Shown in pieces: positions 24,701 through 38,299 of a DNA stretch of 64,000 nt (position 1 is its first letter; each line of letters starts with the position of its first letter). A program made the position numbers and the translations under genes. The notes beneath the pieces are model-generated. The model was not told the origin of the DNA and made no database searches. It saw nothing but the letters and a program-made list of their open reading frames with translations. The stretch is from NCBI RefSeq assembly GCF_030684315.1, contig NC_081378.1, forward strand, positions 43,830,191-43,894,190, written 5' to 3'. This stretch comes from Stegostoma tigrinum (taxonomy: Eukaryota).

Positions 24701-26205
24701 GTTCAGACCCCCATATGTGGTAATGATCAAATAAGCTGTTCTTCAGACATTAATTGAAGAATAAATATTGGCCTAGAATCCAAGGATACTTCCCATGCTC
24801 TTCTTCACAATGGTGCCCTAGAAACACTTAAAAGTTTGGGAAGGTGTGGCTTATCAGATCACTGTGACTATGGGACACAATCAAGTGAGTTTATCCAAGA
24901 CTGCGTTGTGGTTGACATCCTTGATGAGTCTCAATCTGCTTTTTTTTTGCAGTCTAAAGAAGACATCATGTCAACTAAGATTATTGAACTAGCCCAGCAG
25001 GTTGAAACCATAAATAGAACAAATCCCTTCTTCAGAGAATTTCCTTGGGAACTCACAGTCCAGTTTGTTAAATATAAGCCTCTAAGCAATACAGTCATTC
25101 CTTGTTTATGCCCTGACAGGGAGCACTCCCTTTGTACTACACTGAGATGTTTTAGCAGCAATTTTTGTGTTGAAGTGTCTGCATCAAGTTTCCCTGGCAT
25201 CAGTAATTCTCCTTAAACTTGTTCAGAGGCAATGTGATAAATGTCATCACAGTAACACACATCCCAGCTATCAGTATTCGGGAACCAGGTCACTGCATCA
25301 GCAGTTTTTTTTAACATAATCTTTTTGTTTTAAATTGAGCTTGGACGTTAATTGAAGAATGTTAAAATCATAAATGTTGATAAATCATTCCAAGACAGAA
25401 AGGTTTGCTTGAGCTCTTTTTAGTCATAGAAATAAAAACTTTGAGAAACATTAAATCAGCTTCAAAGCAGAAAGCTTTTCAGCATGCCAGCTAAAGTGAG
25501 GTCAAAATTTGAAGAACATTTCTTAATTCATGTGATGACTTATGTTGCCAGCATGTATTATGCAGCTCAGTCTGTTACTGTGTTAATGAGCCTCATTGAA
25601 TTCTGCTGCCTCATGCTCTATTTATAAAGAATTTCATCTCCACTGTGAACTATGTCCAGGTTCAACGATTGGCAGTAGCTCAATGCCACCTCCAAATAAA
25701 TATCTTCTGAACAACTCTCAAAATGAGCTTCTTCCTTAATTGTTTTTCAGCACCATTGATGCAAAGTTACATCTGAGCATGATAATTTCAAACTATCAGA
25801 TCATTAATTGGGTGACTGAGGTTTGAATTCTGAACTTCCAGGTGAAGTTGATTAACAATGTCGCTTCACCGTGACCACTATCTGAATGCACACTTAGAAT
25901 CTGTGTTTCAGGGATCAAATCTAAAAATCCTCAGGATCACCACGTCTACAGATTTAGGAAACGTTAGGATTCTGACAATGTACTTTGACAAACATTACTA
26001 ACATTTGGGGATGTTTTTTAGTCATTCTGTTTATCTCTACCAACATGAATAAAAAAGTGTAAAAGGATTTAAAAATAGTTTGCCAAGAGGGATTGGTAAG
26101 AGTGTGAGCACATAAGGCAAGAAATATGAATTGCTTGAATGTGTTGTTTGTAGGGCTGGGAGTATACATTTTCAGAGTGAAACATGTACCTAGTGAGGGA
26201 ATTAG

Positions 26206-26473
26206 CATAGAATCCGTACTGTTATGGAAGCAAGCCAGTTGGCTCATTGAATCCACACCGAACCTTCAAAGAGCATCCCCCCAGACCCACCCTCTACCCT
26301 ACCCCTGCATTTCCCATGGCTAATCAACCTGGCCTGCACATCCCTGGACACGATGGGCAATTCAGCGTGGCCAATCCACTTAACCTGCACATCTTTGGAC
26401 TGTGGGAGGAGACCAGAGTACTCGGCAGAAACCCATGCAGACACAGGGGAATGTACAAACTCCACACAGTCAC
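26206..26473 (-). mobile_element. HE1 SINE, 5' head deleted
   Basis: catagaatcc tail through ctccacacagtcacc. Confidence 0.9.
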
Positions 26474-26699
26474 CATTCTTACTTACATTACCATCAGTTA
26501 CTTATGGGTTAATTGCTGGTTGATTTCCTACAGTTTTATCTGACCCAGCGTTTGGCTATATAGTATAGTTGCTTAAATTTATAAAAGAGAATAATGTAGC
26601 AGGGTCTAAAGGATCTGGTCCTGACTTTGTGCTTCTGCACAAATCAATTGTTATCTAACTATACCACATTTATGTCCAATTGCCTTGATGTACAGGATG

Positions 26700-26866
26700 A
26701 CGTGGAGAGTGGAGAGAGGTCAGAGAGATCAGGAGAAGCTTCTGGCAGAGGGAGGGGAATATTGGGGGAGGGGGCATCATGGCTTTCAGCAAGATTCCAT
26801 TTCCACCCAGGGTGTTTGCGGGGAAATTCTCCGATGTGAATCTCAGTGAGGAATACTATATCAGAA
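26700..26866 (+). pseudogene. HARBI1-like transposase N-terminal fragment
   Basis: AFSKIPFPPRVFAGKFSDVNLSEEYYIR resembles RRPYPPRVFR..FSYL.LSEEQC.RRLRF. Confidence 0.7.
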
Positions 26867-27165
26867 TAATAGAATTCCTATTGCATGGAAACAGATCATT
26901 CAGCCCATCGATTCCTCACCACCTACCCAGACCCACCCCATCCCTGCATTTCCCATTCACATCTCTGGACACTACAGGCAATCTAGTATGGCCAATCCAC
27001 CCAGACTGCACATCTTTGGACTGTGGGAGGAAACCAGAGCACCCAGAGGAAACCCACACCGACACAGAGTACGTATAAACTCCGGCACAGACAGCCACCC
27101 AAGACTGGAATCAAACTCAACTGGCTGGCACACTGAGGAAGCAGTGCTAATCACTGAGCCACCGT
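26861..27165 (-). mobile_element. HE1 SINE
   Basis: Tail through head (gcagtgctaatcactgagccaccg). Confidence 0.9.
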
Positions 27166-27780
27166 TACTTAATCCTCTCCCTGGGGCTGTCCACTTAATT
27201 CAGGTTTCTGCTGTCTGAGACTTGCATCTCTGAAACACAAATAATGCTGCTCACTGCTGGAAACTGCATAATGATTAGCAGATTTATAGATGCAAATACA
27301 TATATATTTGTAGCCAAGGAAACCAGGATTTAGCTGTGCAACTGTCTACCATCTGAACAAATTCATATTCTAAATTACCCATTACTGCAAAATAGGATAC
27401 ACAATTTAAAAGGAGTATGATTGACCAATTTTCCCAGAAAAATACGTGAATTAAAAGCATTCATCATCAAAATTTGCTCAGGGATGTTAGGAAAATGGTC
27501 TGTAACTTAGAAAGCATGATTAGGAAATCAATTTTTCTTATCTACACTGCAATATTATTTTGCAATATATTAATCAAAATTAATCAAAGCTGCCTTATAG
27601 ATTTCTACACATTTATATGCAGTGTACTGGAGCTCAACATACTTACCTACAAGCAGAATCATGGCTAATTGAAAGGGTCACATATGCATTAGTACTGAGC
27701 CACTGTAATGCGACAAATATCTTTTTTTGAATCTGATTCCAGCAACCACAAGGTTCCAGTTCTTCTGTTTGTGAATATGT

Positions 27781-27900
27781 AGAATAGAATCATAGAATCC
27801 CAACAGTGTGGAAGCAGGCCATTCAGCCCATCGAGTCCACAACAACCCTCTGAAGAGTGTCCCACCCAGATACAGACCCCTTCCCTAACGCTGTAACTCC
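27781..27900 (-). mobile_element. HE1/CR1 3' tail fragment
   Basis: agaatcatagaatcccaacagtgtggaagcaggccattcagcccatcgagtcc. Confidence 0.8.
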
Positions 27901-28841
27901 GCAGTTTTGAAGGTGTCACAATTCCCTGGCTGGTGCGTTGGAAATCAAAGCACTATTTCTGGCATCATGAGAAACGTGAAAGTTCAATTAAACCGCTGAA
28001 ATTTCCAATTTTACCTAACTGTCAAATTCAGAATAGAAGAAAATGCACATTAGCATTTTATTATTAACAGGAATACTTTGCATAAAAGCTCGGAGCAGGA
28101 GTGGTCCATTCAGCCCTTCAAACCTGCCTTGCCATTCAATATGATCATGACTGATTATTTTTCTCAATGTTACATTCTCACTTTCTCCCCATACCCCGTG
28201 ATACCTTTGTATTCTGAAATAAATCTTGAATTATTTATTGTAATAAATAACGAACAAATCAATAAATAGATACTGTGATAACTTCAGCTCAACCCCTTCT
28301 TTAAATTCCTATTCACATATAAACAGACATGCAAAGAGCTAAAGCAAGTCACAAGCATTAAGAATGGGGTAGGGAAAACTGTCAGCAAAGCATGTTTTGG
28401 CACCAGTCTAGATCACAGATATCAATGAGCTGTTTTCCTTTTGTTTTCTCTCAACGTTTTTAGATTCTTTGCTAATGATGCGAGGTGATGGATACACTGA
28501 TTCTCAGTCTTAAGGTCACTGATGAAGGATGTTCTTTCTCAGTGCCTCAGAATGTTGTTTCTTCCTTTTTAATTTCAACGAGGGAATTTACAGACAGGGC
28601 ACTTTATAGGGAAACAGTGAGTGAGACTAGCTACCAGGAGTTTTTCCTGTTAATTCCCCACAGAGGAGTGATAAAACAGAATCAGTTGAATTTGTTGTCA
28701 CAATTGCCATGCATAGGAATAAATGAGTACAGTGAAAAGTGTACAAAGTCAACATTGTCCGGTGACATCTTGGTTATAAAACCAAAATCCCAAGCAAAAA
28801 CTTCAGAGATAAAAGAAAACCAACTGATAAGAAAGAGATAG

Positions 28842-29046
28842 TAGGAAGGGCCCAGCCCTAAAATGTCAGCTTTCCTGTTCCTTTGATGCTGCTTGGCCTG
28901 CTGTGTTCATCCAGCTCCACACCTCCACATATCTCAAATGGTAAGAAAGGCACAAAAACAAAGTTGCTGGAAAAGCTCAGCAGGTCTGGCAGCATCTGTG
29001 AAGGGAAAAACAGTTAATGTTTTGGGTCCGATGACCCTTCCTCAGT
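28842..29046. mobile_element. Adjacent decayed PLE termini: family A (+, 28842-28925) and family B (-, 28950-29046)
   Basis: gatgctgcttggcctgctgtgttcatccagc; gctcagcaggtctggcagcatctgtgaag...gacccttcctcag. Confidence 0.82.
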
Positions 29047-30099
29047 TAAGAAAGACGTCCAGATCTCAAAATCTAAGTCTTAAATCCATAAAGTTTTCTT
29101 CAACTGCCAATGCAGATACATGGGCACTTTCTCCTTGCCAGAAGTTTATTCCCAGTGGCCTAAAATCAAAGCTTAAACATTTGCCTAGGAACCAATCTTA
29201 AAATTGTAACCATACTGAGCTCCCCTTAATCCACAAAGCAAACAATACTAGTGCAGCTGCTGGGAGGTTCTCTGTGTGACCTTGTACTTGCAGGATCCAT
29301 TTCTGTGCAGAGTCCTGGCAAGTCCATGAAGTGGAAGAAAAAGATTAGGGGGAATGTTGTACCCAATTGGTCCTGATTGAAAAGCTAACCAAAAGATCGT
29401 CACTGGGCAAAACTGCTCTGAGCATTACACCCCATGGAACCAATGTTTCTCGTATCCAGCCCAGCTGCTTGAATAAAGCAACATTGTGTAACTCACAATG
29501 AGACTCTGTAATTATTCTAAAACCTCAACCTCTCTTTAAACAGTTTCCTCGGATTAAACTGGTATCTATTCCCACTTTTTAGCCCACAATGCACAAAAGC
29601 AAATGTGGAAAGAGGATGTGGTGTGAAGCAATAGCAATTGTAGGAAGTCAATCTCTGTAAGTAATCTTTGGGTCTTGTATAATAGGAAGAAAATGGGAGA
29701 CAGGACAGAAGAGGATAGGGAAGTTTTCAATGCGTCAGGTAACATTTGTAGATAGTAAGAACTGCCAATGCTGTAGTCAGAGATAACGCAGTGTGGAGCT
29801 GAAGAATTGTCATTGCTTCAGTCAATGGCTTTATATCAGTTCTGAAAAAAGTAAAGAGCCAACAGTTTGAGCAAGTATGGGGTTCAAGAACATATTTGAG
29901 GGAGTGGGAGGTGAGGTAAGGGGAAGCCTGAGATAGAATGGAAGGCATGTGAGTTTAAATGGCAACTTATTTAGGGTAAGGTAATGAGACAAAGTTAAGA
30001 AACAAATTGTGGAAAACAGTAGAATCATCACCAACTGCAATCCTAGTGAGGTTATATATTTACTTGGCTTGTTTGTCGCAGGCTGATGGACTGCTATTA

Positions 30100-30470
30100 G
30101 CTCTTACTGAGACCTGCAGTGATCTCCCACGCACAACAGGGATGACAAGCAATGAGATGTCTCCAGCTGAAGCCTGGAGGAAGTCTTTCACAGAAACATT
30201 CAACAGCATAGTTAACATCCACCATCACTGTTCGCAGAGTCCAGCTTTGACAGAGGCAGATAGCAGATTTCAGTAGAACATTCTTATAGAAGTGGAGTCT
30301 TCTGACATATTATACCTAACTGAGATTCACATCAGAGAATTTCTCCCCAAACGTCCTGGGTGGAAATGGAATCTTGCCAAAAGCCATGATATCCCGTCTC
30401 CCAACATTCCCCTCCTTCCGCCAGAAGCTTCTCCTGTTTTCTCTGACCTCTCTCCTTTCTCCAAGTCATT
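30100..30470 (-). pseudogene. HARBI1-like transposase N-terminal relic
   Basis: AFGKIPFPPRTFGEKFSDVNLS*V*YVRRLHFYKNVL, then after a frameshift LTMLLNVSVKDFLQASAGDIS (cf. VTVALNF.ASGSFQ...GD). Confidence 0.75.
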
Positions 30471-31406
30471 CTGTACATCAAGGCAATTGGACGTAGATGC
30501 AGTATTGTCAGCCAACAATTGAGTTGTGAATAAGCACAACATCAGAACTAAATCCTTCAGGCCCTGCTACATTAGTCCTTTTTATAAATTTAAGCAACTA
30601 TAGAATCTGGCCAAACGCTGGGTCAGATACAGCCATAAGAAATCAACCAGCAATTAACCCATAAGTAACTGATGTTAATGTAAGTAACGCTGGTGTCAGA
30701 TTATTCCTGCTTCTGAAAGTGTAATTAGTTATGTTAGGTTGAGAAAAGGTATGAATTGAAACATTATAGCCCAAAATAGCACCGTAGCTAGTGACATTGC
30801 AATTTGCCTGCCCTTATGCCAACCTTTTACTAGATGCATGGTGGCCCAGTGTTTCAGTGGATGGCACTGCTGTCTCGCAGCACCAGAGACCAGGGTTTGA
30901 TTCCAAACTCAGGTGATTGCGTGGAGTTTGTACATTCCCCTGCGTCTGTGTGGGTTTTTGTCGGGCACTCCGGTCTCCTCCCACCCTCCAAAGATGTGCA
31001 GTTTAGGTGGATTGGCAACGCTGAATTGTCCACAGTGTCCAGAGATGTGCAGGCCACGTGGATTAGCCATGGGAAACACAGGGTTAAGAGGATAGGATAG
31101 AGGGTGGGCCTGGCAGGGTGCCCTTTGGAGGGTTGGTGTGGATTCAATGGAGCAAATGGCCTGCTTCCATACAGTAGGGATTCTATGCTAATACCCTCAT
31201 CAGGTACATAATTCATTCTGAAAATGTATACTCCCCAGCTCCACTGCATTTGTCATGGGCTTCATCTAGGAGCTCTAAGAGCATTGCTCGTGCCCAAACA
31301 ACGCACGCAAGCAATTCCTATTTCTTGCCATATGTACTCACAGTCTCACCAACCCCTATTGGCAAGCTGTTTTTAAATCCCTTTTACGCCTTTTTATTCA
31401 TGTTGG
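30299..31406 (-). repeat. Right arm of inverted duplication (partner 26040-26866)
   Basis: Retains segments ~30695-30920 and ~31240-31290 that are missing from the left arm. Confidence 0.92.
30836..31188 (+). mobile_element. HE1 SINE
   Basis: tRNA head, V-domain, gggattctatg tail. Confidence 0.9.
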
Positions 31407-32221
31407 CCTTCTGCGTGCATGCTTGCCTACAGCATTAGTTTCTCAATGTTTTGGCATTATAAAATGCAATCAGTTAAAGCGATCGTGACAGACCTCTTCA
31501 CTGTTGGTCCTATCTTAGAGTTTCTCCTTAATTCAGGCAGAACTGCCAATTCTATTCTTGCTGCATGTTTGATAAACATCAAATCAAACCAGCTGGTTTC
31601 TTACATAGAACTTTACCACATGTTATGTCTGAAATTTTGACTTCCAAAAATAATGACTGAAGCAGAGATCACTTCGACTGACCATTCACAAGAAAGTGCA
31701 AAACCACCCCAATTTCCATGGCAGCAAACAAACGATTTGTCAAACTTTTGGACTGTAACTTGATTACTTTGTTAAGGTCTCTTGTCATTCTGTGCTTGTC
31801 TCAAATTATAATACCAGGCTAGAAATTAGAACTGAATTGTGTAAGACAATTTTCAATAATTTCATTGGTATTCATATTCACAGAGATGCAAAATTGGGAT
31901 TTTAAGCTAACAAAAACATTTGACATGTATTTTCCAATATTGTCTCAAATAAAATGAGTGCTCCTTCATGGTTAACCAGCATATGACTCATGCCAGTAGA
32001 AAAAATATATTAGCTCAGTGTAAAATAACCACCATATTTTCCCATATGGTTTGAAAAGGAACTGTATTTTTTTTCACTGAATTTAATGTTTGTGCAGAGA
32101 AATGACCCTAATCTTATTTTCACCTTAACCTGCAGCATTTTGGGGTTGGAGAGGGAAAAAGAGCAAAAGGAATAGGGCGCAGGGCAGGTTGTTTGAAAAA
32201 GTAGTAGGAAGGGGAAAAAGT

Positions 32222-32537
32222 GGGGCAGCACAGTGGCTCAGTAGTTAGCACTGCTGCCCCACAGTGCCAGGGACCTCAGTTTGATACCACCCTTGGGTGA
32301 CTGTCTGTGTGGAGTTTGCACATTCTCCTTGTATCTGTGTAGGCTTCCTCTGGGTGCTCTGGTTTCCCCTCACAGTCCTAAGATGTGCAGGCTAGGTGGA
32401 TTGGCCAGGGCAAATTGTCCATAGTATTCAAGGATGTGCAGATTAGGTGGGTCATAAGGGGATGGGGCTGGGTGGGATGCTCTGAGGGTCAGTGTTGTTG
32501 GGCAGAAGGGCCTGTTTCCACACGGTAGGAAATCTAC
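32222..32537 (+). mobile_element. HE1 SINE
   Basis: ggggcagcacagtggctcagtagttagcactgctgcc...gtgtggagtttgcacattctcc. Confidence 0.92.
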
Positions 32538-32749
32538 AAAAGAGGAAGCCAGGGTCTTCTGCCTCAGCCAGAACCACCAGCCTCACAGTCCTTCTGTCTT
32601 GCCTTGCCTTTAAGTGCAGACACCAAGCCAGGTAGTTTGTCATGGTTGATATCAGTCAAGGGGGTGGACATGTTACTATATGGCCCTATGCCATGTCACC
32701 ATGCACCAGCAGCGTATGTGTTAAATACACAGCACATGTTTCAAGTGCA

Positions 32750-32845
32750 CAAAAATAGAAATTCTTCAAGTAACTCAACAGGTCTGGCAGCATCTGTGAA
32801 AAACAGCAGAGTTAACAGTTTGAATCCAGTGACCCTTCTTCAGAT
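32750..32845 (-). mobile_element. PLE family B terminus, decayed hammerhead
   Basis: caggtctggcagcatctgtgaa...ccagtgacccttcttcaga. Confidence 0.78.
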
Positions 32846-32959
32846 GTTTGTTTCAAGCAAATGGTCATGTCTCCAAAATCCAATGGGAATAATCATCAGT
32901 CAAAGGAGATAGCTTTCAGTCGGGGGTCCTGGTACAGTCTGTCAAGGGCATTGTCTGAT

Positions 32960-33880
32960 ATCAGGCCTGGGACGTAGGCACAGTCATTTGGCTACATGAG
33001 GTGGTCAGGGTCAGGTCCTCTCCTTCTGAGAGTGAGGGAGCAAATGTCCGGCACCCAGCATCCATCATGGCTCTTTCTTCCCTTTTGTGGGCTGCTGTCC
33101 CCTGGAATAAGACACAAGGGAAAGACTGACTGAGATGAAAGTGGACGCTACAGATGTTAGTGATAGTACAGGAGATGTGCCTAACACATTGGCCTCTGCT
33201 TCCAGAAGCTGCTGCCTCATCGGTGATCCACGCAACCCAAAAAAAAGAGAGTAAACTTTGATTGTATCAAGTAGCAGGAGAGGATGTTGCCGTCAAAAGT
33301 GAAAGAGGTAAGAGCATCAACCATGGTAGGAGGTGGATGCGATAGCAGAGAAAGAGGGAGTGTGAGATAGCAGAGAAAATGTGGGGGCAATTGCGGGAAG
33401 GAAGGTCATTCTTCCTACACTGTTATGCATTCCTCCCGAGACCACGCTGACCCCAACAGCCTACCAAGGTTTTGTGTCATAAACTTCTCTGCCATCCTGT
33501 GGGAAGAGGATGATTCTCCTCTGACTACCACATCCATCAGGAATTCCAGGTCCCTGCCCACAGAGACAGATGACAATCTCCCCTTATTCGTCACGTTTAG
33601 GCCAAATGGTACAGAGCAACTCCAGACTCGGCAACACTTGAACGAGGCGTACAATGGTCAATTAAAGATAAGGTTGGCATCTGGGATTCCAGAATATTCT
33701 GTCAGAAGAGGTTACCTCTGGCTATGGCAAGTGGAAGAACCGGGTTAGCAATGGGCAAAAGACATGGCAGTAGTTAATGGGGCAATAGTGTCCCTGACCC
33801 TTCTTGGGACTTGCAGTGAAACACCTTCCATGAAACTCACCAAAAATTAGACATTGCCAAAATATTATCAGATTCAGCCC
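32960..33880 (-). mobile_element. Harbinger end plus Myb/SANT gene relic
   Basis: GRDLEFLMDVVVR exon 1; acceptor tgtcttattccag then GTAAHKREERA exon 2; terminus ...gattcagccc shared with 49825-49873. Confidence 0.62.
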
Positions 33881-34654
33881 ATTGTTTATTTTTTGCCTTT
33901 AATTTTGAACTTCAGTATTGCACAAATAAACTTTTGAAAACTATTCTCGTCTATTTTTATGCATAATCATGCAACAAAGCTAAATATGTTGCATTCTAAT
34001 GCTTCAAGTACTTTGCATATACAGAGTGCTTTGTGTACAGAGCTTGCTTCAGGACTCTATCATTTACCTTAATCAATGCTGCAGCACGAGCTACATGTTT
34101 AATAAACTGTCAAGGATATTAGTCAGGTGCAGCCCCAGTGATTTTTATGGATTCCAGGAACAATGCGAATAAACATAAAGAGCTTTGGAGGCTTCACAAG
34201 TGAGAATGAAAAACCTCAGGATCTTTCGCCTGAATTTTAGTTCAAGCAGGTTAAAAGGATAAAAGTAGTTTTATTGTAAAGCCTCACATACTCAAACATC
34301 CAAGGGCTCCTCAATTATAGCCTGATGACCAATATAATTTATCTAGAGCTGTGAAGCATACATCAAAAGGGGCAGGTCTTTCACAGTTTAGCTAGGTATA
34401 TGATGGGAGGGGAATGGTCAACCTGCATTGAGAAGTCTTCATCCATTTCTTTCTGGGCTGTAGTCCTGTGTTTTAATGCATTTTTAGCCTCCATGTGTTT
34501 GTACAGTTTTATATCCTGGCTTCCATTACAGTTCTTAATTTGATGGGATGTGCCAGGTTTCAGTGGTAACTCACTAGTTTCAATGTCACAAGGCCCAGTG
34601 TTGAAGTCCCTATATAATCAGTACTGAGGTGAATATGTAATCATAACCTGTACC

Positions 34655-34960
34655 GGGCAACATGGTAGCTCAGTGGTTAACACTGCTGCCTCATAGCACC
34701 AGGGACCCTGGCTCAGTTCCACCCTTGGGCGACTGTCTGTGTGGAGTTTGCACATTCTCGCCCTGTTTTCCTTCCACAGTTCAAAAATGTGCAGGTTAGG
34801 TGGGGTGGCCATGCTAAGTTGTCTACAGCATTCCGGGAGGTAGTCTTGGATTAACCATGGGAAATGCAGGGATACAGGAAGGAGGTGGGTCGGAGTGGGA
34901 TGCCCTCCAGAAGGTTGGTTTCAGCTGAATGGCCTTCTTCCACATTGGAGGGATTCTATG
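34655..34960 (+). mobile_element. HE1 SINE
   Basis: Head, V-domain and tail present; small internal deletions. Confidence 0.9.
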
Positions 34961-35559
34961 AGCTTTTACAATGGTACTGAGGAAAGTCATTCATGATTTA
35001 ACATCATAAGATGTAAAACTGAGATCCTGGGTTAAATTTTGTTCGTGGTGCTGTGAACTAGGAGTTGGGTCTGTTTTTGGGTCAAAAACTGTCTCCTGCG
35101 AGAAAGTGGTTAAAATTTGGATTTTTGTTGGATGGGGATAGGTTTCTTCTCCATTTAGACATAATAGATGGGCAGGAATGGGTGTGAGTCAGATGGTGAG
35201 ATCCATTTTGACACCCCACGGCAGTCAGCTGGCTGTCCTGAAGAAAGGACCTGCTGATTGTTAAATAATTGTCCTGCTCAGCAGATGCCATTGGTTTTAT
35301 TGACTCTGTGCTTCCGTCTGAGGCTTTTGCAAGGGAAACACCTGGTATCTCTTCAAGGGATTTCCCTTACCACATAAGGCCGCCCTATATAACTTTGGTT
35401 GGAGCGCTGAGGCAGCCAGACTGGTGAGGAGGGACAGGTCATTGGCAGCTGACAGGAAAGTGGGTGCACACACAGAGCTAGCTATTGTTCTAGTTGCAGG
35501 TCAGTGGGATGCTGAAGGATTAGAGGCTCCTTTCTGTTGATGGATCTCACTGACCTCTC

Positions 35560-35990
35560 ATTGGGTGCCTTTACAAGGAGGTATGTGTGATCAATGATGT
35601 CCTACACCTGGGGAAATCCAGCAATGACAATGAATTCAGTGTCCTCTGTTTCCTATGTGCCCATGTCATTCATTAAATGAATGTTGTGTCCAGCACTGGC
35701 AAAATGGGCTTCAGGGATCAGCACAATGCAGGAGTATGCAGCTATTGATAAATGTGCCACAGCTGATACTTTAAATGAGCCAGAAGTGAAGATATTCATG
35801 GCCAGACTTTGACTACCATTGGTGAAAGTTGACGATCAGTGCTGGAAGGTGTGAGATTTTCATCAACGGGACAACAAACACCCATGACTTACTAGTCATA
35901 GCCTTTGGTGGTATCTTTTGATCATTTCTTACTGAAAGTTCAGACTCCCACTGAAGGATTAACTTCTTCCATTGACATCGCTGGGGAGAT
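35560..35990 (-). pseudogene. HARBI1-like transposase relic
   Basis: LAMNIFTSGSFKVSA...YSCI and AGFPQV*DIIDHTYLLVKAP (cf. AGFP.VQGAIDCTHV.IKAP). Confidence 0.75.
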
Positions 35991-36390
35991 GACTGACCTC
36001 TTCCAATGTAATATGAAGCATTTTCTGCCATCTTTTTTGTCAATGGCTCAATGTTTCTCTAAGCAGGTCAAAAATGTGTGAAGACTCTTCTGTTGTTGAT
36101 TGTTTAAAGGCCTGATTGGTTGATCATTTTGTAGGATTGTAACAATACCAGCCTTTTTTAAAAGAAGATTATGAATTTGTATTTTAGGCAATTCCACACA
36201 TGTTATTATTGCTATAAGATTCATTGATTCTGGCAGATTGTAGACCAGGTCAATGGGCATTGGGATGTTATCAATTCAATGGAGGATGTGAGTAGCTTTG
36301 GGCATGAATTTGTCTGGAATGTAAGAGAGGCCATTGTAAGTGGGTGAGAAGCATAGTGCATGGAAGGTATGAAGGGCAAAAGGGGGTGGG

Positions 36391-36815
36391 TTGGAGAAAC
36401 TGAATAAGGTGGGATTATTTTCTGTGGAGTGTCGGAGGCTGAGGGGTTATCTTATTGAGGTTTATAAAATCATGACGTGCATGGATAGGGTAAATAGCCA
36501 TGGTCTTTTCCCCAGGGTAGGGGAGCCCAAAACTCAAGGGCACAGGTTTAAGGTGAGTGAGGAAGAATTTAAAAGGGAATTAAGGGGTAACATTTTCATA
36601 CAGAGGGTGGTGAGTGTATGGAACAAGCTGCCAGAGGAAGTGGTGGAGGCATTTAGAAGGTATTTTAATGAGTACATGAACTAGAAGGGTTTAGAGAGGA
36701 ATGGGCCAAATGCTGGCAGATCGGACTAGATTGGTTTAAGATATCTGGTCAGCATGGACAATTTGGACCAAACGGTCTGCTTCTGTGCTGTACAGCTGTG
36801 TGACTCTATGACTAT
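36391..36815 (+). mobile_element. CR1 3' fragment
   Basis: [20 protein letters not shown]...QRVVSVWNKLP; gactctatgactatg tail. Confidence 0.92.
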
Positions 36816-37164
36816 GCTTGGAGGGTATAAGGGTCATGATGTGAGATAAAGATACGTTTCATGTAGCCTAGGAGCAACTTAGAAAAGAATTTCGTGGGTT
36901 GCATGTGGCAGATCTATAAAAGTAACGAAAGCTCATTAATCCTAGGGAAAGTGAATCAAAATTAGGCTCCAGGACAGTGAAGTTTAACAGTCGACAGGGA
37001 TTAATGTGGTCAGAGGCTGATTCCAGTGGAGTTCTGCAAAACCTAGCTATTGGTCCCATGATATTTGTGATGGATAGCAATGATTTGCATCTTAATGTAG
37101 TGCTTAATAATTTCTTAATCATCATTAAGAAGCTTGTAAAAGGAGTTTTAAAAAATTACAAGAA

Positions 37165-37285
37165 AAACTGAATGCTGGAAATCTGAAACTAAAGCTGAAA
37201 TTGCTATAAAAACTCAATAGGTCAGACAGCATCTGTGGAGAGAAAGCAGAGCTCAAATTTCAGGTTCAGTGACCCTTCTTCAGAA
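37165..37285 (-). mobile_element. PLE family B terminus
   Basis: atgctggaaatctgaaac...cagcatctgtggagag...cagtgacccttcttcagaa. Confidence 0.75.
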
Positions 37286-38299
37286 GTGAAACATAAAAAA
37301 TGACCATGCATTTCATAATGAGGAACAGAGGCAACTGAGAGGAGAGTTAATTAGGCACAAAAAATTATGAGAAGTCTAGTGTGAAGAAAATAGCATTTAT
37401 TTTCAGTACTTTTGATCGTCAATGGGGATGTTTAAAAACTAAAGATTGTTGAAGGATCGCTTCCTTTTGTAAAGTAAGTAACCAGACACTCATTATTAGT
37501 CTGTTTATATTTAGATACTTTCAAGTAATGGAAGGAAGTTGAAGAGTTTGCACAATTGGAGTTCTGACCAGCAACGTGGAGCTGATTGGTCTGAGAACGA
37601 GTGACTAATTGTTGATGCCAAAATCCAAAATGTGCCTCGTACCCAGGTAACCGAATACCTGTGGGTATGAATGTTTGAGGGAGAAGCCATTGGGTCTCCT
37701 CAAGGACAAGAGCTGGCTCCTTCCTCTGAGATAAAAACACACTTTAAACCTAAAGAAGGCAAATTTATTTTTCCGTCAGCATTCGCTTTCAGCTGTGCCT
37801 CTTAACCAGTAAGTCAGAAGCTTTATAAGTGTAAACTCCATACTTTCTAAAATGAAATGGGATGCGCCTGGAGAAGGAGCATGTACATTCTGATAGTGAA
37901 GCAGTGCATAGTGACAAGCCAAAAGGAGTATCTCAGTGAACCTTGTGAACAGGGATCATTGAAATGCCTTCCCATATTTTATGACTGTCCATCGCTTCCA
38001 TAATTCTTTTCCTTTCTGTGTCTGTGTGTTAGAGAGAGTTTATTAGATGATTAGAGATTTCACAAATAAAGTTACATGTCAACACTCATAATTGTTTATC
38101 TGTAGTCAGGCTCAATTTATTTATAATAAGTAGTAATCCATGTTAAATACAGAAACCTGGTCTGTGCTTTCTGTCAACCCACGTTAAAAGGAAGGCCATT
38201 GGAAAGCTTGCAAACTTTTTAATATCTTTAACTTTTGTGACAATTTAAAAAACAGCCTGTCTTGATCTTCAGGGCAATACTCCATTTAGGCATAACAGG

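Larger units (their letters stand above)
26040..26866 (+). repeat. Left arm of inverted duplication (partner 30299-31406)
   Basis: Collinear reverse-complement match covering unique flank, HE1 SINE and transposase N-terminus. Confidence 0.92.

Noticed and set aside
24836-25216. 126-aa + strand ORF with overlapping minus-strand ORF
   Set aside because: No recognised motif or convincing splice sites.
30081-30522. Apparent + strand exon (ADGLLLALTE...SANN) after a good acceptor, partly conserved in the duplicate
   Set aside because: It has an in-frame TAG, differs from the duplicate by many non-synonymous changes, and is the antisense of a HARBI1-like transposase relic.
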